Positions 17,570 through 22,734 of a stretch of DNA of 22,734 bases are shown here, piece after piece. Location of the stretch: positions 1-22,734 of the forward strand of contig CAVPLM010000007.1 in assembly GCA_963706025.1 (NCBI GenBank), given 5' to 3'. How positions within the stretch are numbered: the first letter of the stretch is position 1; each line of letters starts with the position of its first letter. The translations under genes were made by a program, and so were the position numbers. The stretch is from an uncultured Actinomycetes bacterium. GTDB lineage: Bacteria > Actinomycetota > Thermoleophilia > RBG-16-64-13. The notes under the pieces are model-generated. The model searched no databases. It was not told the DNA's origin and saw nothing but the letters and a program-made list of their open reading frames with translations.

Positions 17570-18850
17570 CTAGACTTGATGGCACAGCTGCAATGATGAG
17601 GCAGTCAGGTGAGATGTCCGTGAAGTGGCGATGAGACTTCTCTCATCGATTCTCTCGGCAGAGTCCACCCAGCCTTCCGCCAGATCCAGGCGGCGGCGGA
17701 CCTCAATCGGCCAGGTCTCGCGTTGTACGCGAAATGGCCCGGTGGCCAGGGCGAGGATCACCGCCGCCGCTCTCCTCCGAAGATCGACGGGATCCACCTT
17801 GCGGTCCCACCTGCGGAGCAGCTTCGCGGCATAATCGCGTACTCGCTCAGGATGGGCAGACGTGGTCTGGAGAACGGCAAGGTGGCCGATCATTGTTGCG
17901 GGGTCGTCACCAGTTCTGCCCTGTCCAAAGGTGTCCATGTCGAGGATGCCTACGACCCTTCCCCGTTCGACCAGGAGCTGCGCTTCGTGGAAATCTCCAT
18001 GGGCAGCGACGACCGCAGGCTGGGTCTCATCACCGATACGCTCCAACAGCTCTTCGATACGCCCCTTCTCGCCGGGGAGAATCAGTGACAGCAATCTCGA
18101 GAGAGCGGGCAGCTGCTCGATGGGAGACCGGGACAGTGCGGTGTCATCCGGGCCAGGGAGTCGGTGAAGGAGGGCTATGAGATCTCCCGGCGCCGGCAGC
18201 ACCGCTTCAGGGTCTTCGAACGCCTGCCGGAGCGTGAGACCCGGTAGGGCGCGCAGCGCAAGCACGCCGAGGTCCCGGTCGAAGCCCAGACTTGGAGGCG
18301 CCGGGAATCCGGCTGTAAGAGCAGTATGCCGGCGATGAAGTCTCTCGACTTCCGCTGGTCGGACCACTTTAAGGTACACCAGTGTGCGCTCACCTCTCAC
18401 CTCGACCACAGCCCTGCGGCCGGGCCGATATGCCCTGAGTCGTGTGCGCACTGGATCACCGGGCATGCCCAGATCGTGCACCACTTGGCCCGCTGCGCGG
18501 GGGTCAAGCGCTGCCGCCAAGCCAGGCAGTGCGGGGTCGTGCGGGACTCTCCACACACCGATCTGGATCCCGTCCCCCTCGACGACAGCAGCGCCGTCGG
18601 GTATTTCGCCCGCGCAGGCAACGATCTGGTGTTCGCCGTGGAGGGTACCGTTACATCGGGCTCGGTACCTTACGACGATACTCTTCCCCGGCCACCACGT
18701 GACCTGCGTGGCAATAGCCTGCTCTAGGGCCACTCCCGCTTCGGCAAAGATCGTGGTCAGCGGCAAGGGGACACCATCAGCGAGCAGCACGTGCACGGCA
18801 GGCACATCATGGTCGTGCAGCTTCGTGGTACTGGGATTCGTCACGCTCAT
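17570..18850 (-). CDS. Aminoglycoside phosphotransferase (APH)-like kinase family protein
   Basis: YRPGRRAV, VYLKV, HGDFHEAQ and LDMD motifs; ATG 18850 preferred (apparently leaderless). Confidence 0.8.
   Translation of the reverse strand: MSVTNPSTTKLHDHDVPAVHVLLADGVPLPLTTIFAEAGVALEQAIATQVTWWPGKSIVVRYRARCNGTLHGEHQIVACAGEIPDGAAVVEGDGIQIGVWRVPHDPALPGLAAALDPRAAGQVVHDLGMPGDPVRTRLRAYRPGRRAVVEVRGERTLVYLKVVRPAEVERLHRRHTALTAGFPAPPSLGFDRDLGVLALRALPGLTLRQAFEDPEAVLPAPGDLIALLHRLPGPDDTALSRSPIEQLPALSRLLSLILPGEKGRIEELLERIGDETQPAVVAAHGDFHEAQLLVERGRVVGILDMDTFGQGRTGDDPATMIGHLAVLQTTSAHPERVRDYAAKLLRRWDRKVDPVDLRRRAAAVILALATGPFRVQRETWPIEVRRRLDLAEGWVDSAERIDERSLIATSRTSHLTASSLQLCHQV
17593..17646 (-). promoter_or_regulatory. 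Putative response-regulator-controlled promoter (11-bp periodic boxes)
   Basis: Minus strand: ATGAG-N4-GTCTCAT-N4-ACTTCAC-N4-ATCTCAC-N10-CATCAT. Confidence 0.6.
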
Positions 18851-18856
18851 ACCACG

Positions 18857-18910
18857 AGAGTAGGAGCCGCACATGACGGATAGATGACGGGCACATGAGA
18901 AAGTCTTCAT
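18857..18910 (-). promoter_or_regulatory. Putative response-regulator-controlled leaderless promoter
   Basis: Minus strand: ATGAA-N4-TTCTCAT-N4-CCGTCAT-N4-CCGTCAT-N10-TACTCT-N6-ATG. Confidence 0.65.
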
Positions 18911-19116
18911 GTAGCGGCCGGGTGACGCGATGCCCGCATCGCGCCGGCTGACCAGCGTGACAATCCTAGCGCGGATGGGCTGATCGATAAAGGAGCGCTG
19001 AGAATCACACCGGACGCAGAGTGCAGGGGTTAGGTTTCAGCAAGCCTTTTCCCAGTGGGAGCGTCGGGCGAATTAGCCGAGAGAGTCCGGGCGTCGCGCG
19101 AGCTTGGGAGTCAGGC

Positions 19117-19353
<237 letters not shown>

Positions 19354-19387
19354 GTGGCGGGCGTCGTCGGACGCAACGCGAGTAGCG

Positions 19388-19416
19388 AGTATAGCGACGG
19401 CTGCGAAGGGGGACAA
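19388..19416 (-). promoter_or_regulatory. tRNA promoter
   Basis: TTGTCC-N17-TATACT about 35 bp upstream of the tRNA. Confidence 0.65.
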
Positions 19417-19484
19417 TCCGGAGGCTCGTAGAGGAGCGGGCGTCAAAGGGCGGGCCGAGGGTGTTTCGGTGCTCGGCGCGAACA

Positions 19485-19904
19485 TCACGGCTGAAACGGA
19501 TCTATCACCACGAGGCCTTCGATTCCCGTGAAATCGCCGACATTGCGCGTGGCCAGGACAAATCCCCAGGCCGTGGCTATCGATGCTATCAGGGCATCCT
19601 CCACACTGATAGGCAGCCCTGCACGCATGCGCGTTGCGGCCACGTTCGCATAAACGGATGCACCGCGCTCGTCGAAGGGGAGGCAGCGTCCATAGAACTC
19701 GGCGAACATTCGCGCAGCCGCCGAGCGGATACTCTCCTTGCGCCCTCCGTCGGGCAGCAGAGCGATACCAAGCTCGATCTCAGCCATCGTGACCGCCGAG
19801 ATGTACAGATGGTGGTGGGCCTGGGCATCGATCCAGGCGACTACGGACGGGTTGGGCTCGCGGCGCATGAGCTCCGAGAGCACGTTGGTGTCGAGAAGGA
19901 TCAT
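19485..19904 (-). CDS. vapC: VapC/FitB family PIN-domain toxin
   Basis: MILLDTNVLSE, E, DALIA, LATRNV.DF. Confidence 0.93.
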   Translation of the reverse strand: MILLDTNVLSELMRREPNPSVVAWIDAQAHHHLYISAVTMAEIELGIALLPDGGRKESIRSAAARMFAEFYGRCLPFDERGASVYANVAATRMRAGLPISVEDALIASIATAWGFVLATRNVGDFTGIEGLVVIDPFQP

Positions 19905-20158
19905 TCTGTGCGACCGAAGAGATCGAGACCCGCGCGGGGCACTGCGCGAGCTGGTATCTCGAGGTCGTATCCCTGGATTTCAGCGAAATACTGATGGACA
20001 CGGCTGCCGAGACCGCCTGTGTCCACCTCATGGGTAGCGAGCGCATTTCGCAGGATCCGCCGGGCGGCTTCCTCCATGGAGATTCCCTGGCGCGCCGCCT
20101 CCACGCGCAACAGACTCTTCAGGCTTTCGTCGAGACCTCGGATCGTCAGGCTGGCCAC
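19901..20158 (-). CDS. FitA-like ribbon-helix-helix antitoxin
   Basis: SLTIRGLDE..K..LR..AA..G.SME...R.IL; GGAGG RBS; ATGA overlap with the toxin gene. Confidence 0.9.
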   Translation of the reverse strand: MASLTIRGLDESLKSLLRVEAARQGISMEEAARRILRNALATHEVDTGGLGSRVHQYFAEIQGYDLEIPARAVPRAGLDLFGRTE

Positions 20159-20179
20159 ACAACCTCCCTGGACCTGAAA

Positions 20180-20205
20180 TGCAATCAGTGCTAGCAATGA
20201 CATCA
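20180..20205. promoter_or_regulatory. Putative FitA-type operator boxes
   Basis: tgcaatca-g-tgctagca-a-tgacatca, three near-palindromic 8-mers resembling the FitA TGCTATCA box. Confidence 0.6.
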
Positions 20206-20432
20206 TCATACACCCTTGGTCTTGCGGCTGCAGGTTGCCCAGAAAGTCCGTGGATCTTAGACAGACTACGTCCTCGGACGAGACTCTGATTGAGACTTGG
20301 GGTGGAGCTTGGCGCGGTTTGCGCCGGGTCAGGTGCCGGGGACCGTTGGCGATCGATCATGATCGAGTGGGCAGCGCGTGTCGTCGCACGACCGGATCTC
20401 TTGCTACAGGATTCGGTGGATCTTGGTCTGTT

Positions 20433-20487
20433 CATGGAGTTCGAGCTGACTTGAACTGATTCCCGCCGGCATCTGCCGGCGCATGCA
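20433..20487 (+). repeat. Direct repeat of 21671-21727 (DUF2283 3' end plus hairpin)
   Basis: catggagttcga.ctgacttga...cccgccggcatctgccggcgca.gca at both sites. Confidence 0.9.
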
Positions 20488-20704
20488 TTTCCGACACGAA
20501 CTTGAGCACCGGGAGTCTATCCAGAGACGCAGACCGGTCGGCGGCGGTCCACTCGTCGAAGTTCGGGCGAACTTCGGACCAAAGTCCCATGCCACCCACG
20601 GCCGTTCAACTCTATCCTGGCGCAGCGCCGAGTTTTTGCCGAAGGAAGGGTCGGTCCCGAAGGACAGGCGGCTGAGTGGCATCCAACCGTGGAAACAAGT
20701 ATGC

Positions 20705-20723
20705 TGTAACCAATATGGTTGCA
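20705..20723. promoter_or_regulatory. Palindromic operator of the second TA pair
   Basis: TGTAACCA-ATA-TGGTTGCA just upstream of the RBS. Confidence 0.6.
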
Positions 20724-20741
20724 TTACGGTTGGAGGCGGCT

Positions 20742-20987
20742 GTGCCCACTACCCTAACGCTAAAGAACATCCCTGATGACGTCTACGAGAGGCTGAAAGC
20801 CGCCGCAGCGGCCCATCGACGTAGCCTGAACGGCGAGGCGATTGTCTGCCTGGAGACCGTTCTTATGCCTACCAGAATGAGCGCCGAGGAACGGATCGCG
20901 CGCGCCCGTCGGCTGAGGGTCAGCCAACATAGGAGAGAGTTCGACCACGGTGACATCGAAGCGCTGAAGAACGAGGGGCGCCCGTGA
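20742..20987 (+). CDS. Arc/RHH family antitoxin
   Basis: TLTLKNIPDDVYERLK..A..HRRSLNGE.I.CLE...GRP; GGAGG RBS before GTG. Confidence 0.9.
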   Translation: MPTTLTLKNIPDDVYERLKAAAAAHRRSLNGEAIVCLETVLMPTRMSAEERIARARRLRVSQHRREFDHGDIEALKNEGRP

Positions 20988-21382
20988 TCGTCGTGGATTC
21001 GAACATCCTCGCCTATCTCTATGTGGAGGGTGCGCACACCGCGGCTGCGGAGGCACTGCTCGAGCGAGACGAGGATTGGGCGGCACCGATTCTCTGGAGG
21101 AGCGAGCTCAGAAACATCCTAACCGGATACCTCCGGCGGGGTGACCTGACACTTGAGGAAGCGGGCAGGATCCAGTCGGAAGCTGAGGACCTGATGAGTG
21201 GGACAGAATACGAGATCGACTCACGCAGCGTACTCGACCTGGTCTGCAACAGCGATTGCTCTGCCTACGATTGTGAGTACGTCGCCCTGGCCATACGATT
21301 GGGGATCAAGCTGGTCACCATGGACGGCCAGGTGCTGAGCGCATTTCCAGATGTTGCGGTCAAACTTGCCCTTGGGCCGTAG
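20984..21382 (+). CDS. vapC: VapC family PIN-domain toxin
   Basis: MIVVDSN, SE, SAYDCEYVALA, LVTMD; GTGA overlap with the antitoxin gene. Confidence 0.92.
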   Translation: MIVVDSNILAYLYVEGAHTAAAEALLERDEDWAAPILWRSELRNILTGYLRRGDLTLEEAGRIQSEAEDLMSGTEYEIDSRSVLDLVCNSDCSAYDCEYVALAIRLGIKLVTMDGQVLSAFPDVAVKLALGP

Positions 21383-21447
21383 GGAGTACTGGTGACCGGG
21401 GAGGGCGGGTACTTCGAGTCGTCTATAATCCACAGGCGGATACTGAC

Positions 21448-21495
21448 GTGATTGTGACCGTGTTCTTCGATCGGTCCATGAAAGGGAAGCTATGA
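21448..21495 (+). pseudogene. C-terminal remnant of a DUF4258-like toxin
   Basis: VIVTVFFDRSMKGKL* with an ATGA overlap into DUF2283; no upstream body. Confidence 0.55.
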
Positions 21496-21692
21496 GAGTA
21501 CGCTTCGACCAAGAGGCCGACGCGCTTCATATTCGTCTCGATAAGTCCCCTGTGTTCGAATCCGAGGAGATCCGCCCGGGAGTGGTGCTCGACCTCGACG
21601 AGCGGGGCGAGGTGATCGGTCTAGAGATGCTCCGTGTGAGCCAGCGCCTGCCCACGGCCGAACTGAAGCACATGGAGTTCGAACTGACTTGA
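21492..21692 (+). CDS. DUF2283 domain protein (putative antitoxin)
   Basis: FDQEADALHIRL...SEEI.PGVVLDLD..G.VIGLEML. Confidence 0.88.
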   Translation: MRVRFDQEADALHIRLDKSPVFESEEIRPGVVLDLDERGEVIGLEMLRVSQRLPTAELKHMEFELT

Positions 21693-21734
21693 GGTGACCC
21701 CCCCGCCGGCATCTGCCGGCGCACGCAGACAGTC

Positions 21735-22715
21735 GCTAGAGGCTTGATGTGAAACCCTACAGGCGGCAGGGACCTGCACCTGGGTGACGAAGGGCTTCCA
21801 GACATGTCCCCTCGAGATAGGAGCTCGAGATGACACTAGACCTGGAAGCCCTCGTCGTTGCAGCATACCTGTTCGCCGATGAGTACGCAGTCCCTTTCAC
21901 CTACGGAAGACCGCCGCTCACTAGCGACGCTGAACTGGTCGCTCTCGCGGTCGGCCAGGCGGCCATGGGCATAAGTTCCGACCGCCAGTTCCTCGGTCTC
22001 ATCCCCCGAGTGCTGCCCGGGTGGTTCCCGCATCTGCCCGATCAGTCCCAATACAACCGGCGCTTGCGCGCTCTCGTCGAGCTCATGAGCCACGGGCAGG
22101 AGCGGCTCGCCCGGTGGCTCGACGTGGGCGGGCTGCGCCTGGCCGACGGCACCGCCCTGGCGGTGGCGGGCTACGCCGGATGCGAGAAACGCAGCCACTT
22201 TTCCGGTTTTGCCCGCTACGGATACGCCAAGTCCGAGCACCGCTTCATCTGGGGGGTAAGGCTCATCCTCTTAACCGACGAACGGGGACTGCCTTTGGGA
22301 TATACCATCGTGCCCGCCAACGAGCACGAGCGGGAGCCTTTGGCCGATCTGCTTTCCGGCACCCCGGCTGAGGTGGTCGTCGCCGACAAGGGTTTCTGGG
22401 GAGAGGGCTATCGCGCCCGGCTGGCCGCCGACGGCGTGCGCCTACTGACTCCCGAGAGGACCCGCACCAGCGCCAATCTCGCCTTCGAACGGGCTCTGGC
22501 CTCCACCCGGCTCGTGATCGAGAGTGTCTTCTCCAACCTGAAAGGGCAGATGCAACTCGAGCGTCACCTGGCCCGAACCGTGGCCGGGCTCGCTCTCCGG
22601 ATCGCGCAACGGATCCTCGCCTTGACCGTCGGGATCCTGCTTAACACTCTGGCCGGGCGGCCGGCGCGCGCTCTTGCTGCCTTTGACGGCCGCTGAATCA
22701 CATCAAGCCTCTAGC
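21735..22715 (+). mobile_element. Complete IS982-family insertion sequence
   Basis: Perfect 18-bp inverted repeat gctagaggcttgatgtga (21735-21752) / tcacatcaagcctctagc (22698-22715), with CTAG at both ends, enclosing a single transposase. Confidence 0.9.
21830..22696 (+). CDS. IS982-family DDE transposase
   Basis: GRPP..SDAEL, FP.LP.QSQYNRRLR, D (LADGT), D (ADKGF), R..IESVFS.LK. Confidence 0.88.
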   Translation: MTLDLEALVVAAYLFADEYAVPFTYGRPPLTSDAELVALAVGQAAMGISSDRQFLGLIPRVLPGWFPHLPDQSQYNRRLRALVELMSHGQERLARWLDVGGLRLADGTALAVAGYAGCEKRSHFSGFARYGYAKSEHRFIWGVRLILLTDERGLPLGYTIVPANEHEREPLADLLSGTPAEVVVADKGFWGEGYRARLAADGVRLLTPERTRTSANLAFERALASTRLVIESVFSNLKGQMQLERHLARTVAGLALRIAQRILALTVGILLNTLAGRPARALAAFDGR

Positions 22716-22734
22716 TGGGCGAGAACTTCAGCGA

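Noticed and set aside
17570-18850. Aminoglycoside resistance gene
   Set aside because: Only fold-level APH motifs; the extra N-terminal domain and context differ from known resistance APHs.
20210-20700. Coding genes between the two TA pairs
   Set aside because: ORFs lack an RBS and recognisable motifs; the region appears to be intergenic or decayed sequence.

Overview
GC-rich bacterial DNA, probably Actinomycetota-like (inferred from gene content and GC bias, not confirmed). The organising feature is an intact tRNA-Ser(CGA) gene on the minus strand (19264-19353). Downstream of it (leftwards, to the window edge) lies a tandem array of short cargo segments. These are separated by five decayed copies of the tRNA 3' half (74, 2688, 5167, 11711, 14063) and by seven copies of a conserved non-coding module of roughly 70-160 bp. 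The module contains 11-bp tandem repeats (TTGCCCCCGAM), a hairpin with a T-tract and a conserved linker abutting the tRNA piece. No integrase is present in the window; the only recombination-related gene in the array is a tandem-duplicated excisionase-like HTH gene. Cargo includes GT2 and GT-C glycosyltransferases, two GNATs, lipoproteins, an ECF sigma/BNR-repeat anti-sigma-like pair, DUF4177, DUF1048, a MoxR fragment, an amidase-SLH protein, an aminopeptidase, and an OmpR/histidine kinase module with Asp-rich secreted proteins and an APH-like kinase. Upstream of the tRNA are two RHH/PIN toxin-antitoxin pairs, a DUF2283 gene with a truncated partner, and a complete IS982-family element. All protein family calls are from motif recognition by eye, not database searches.
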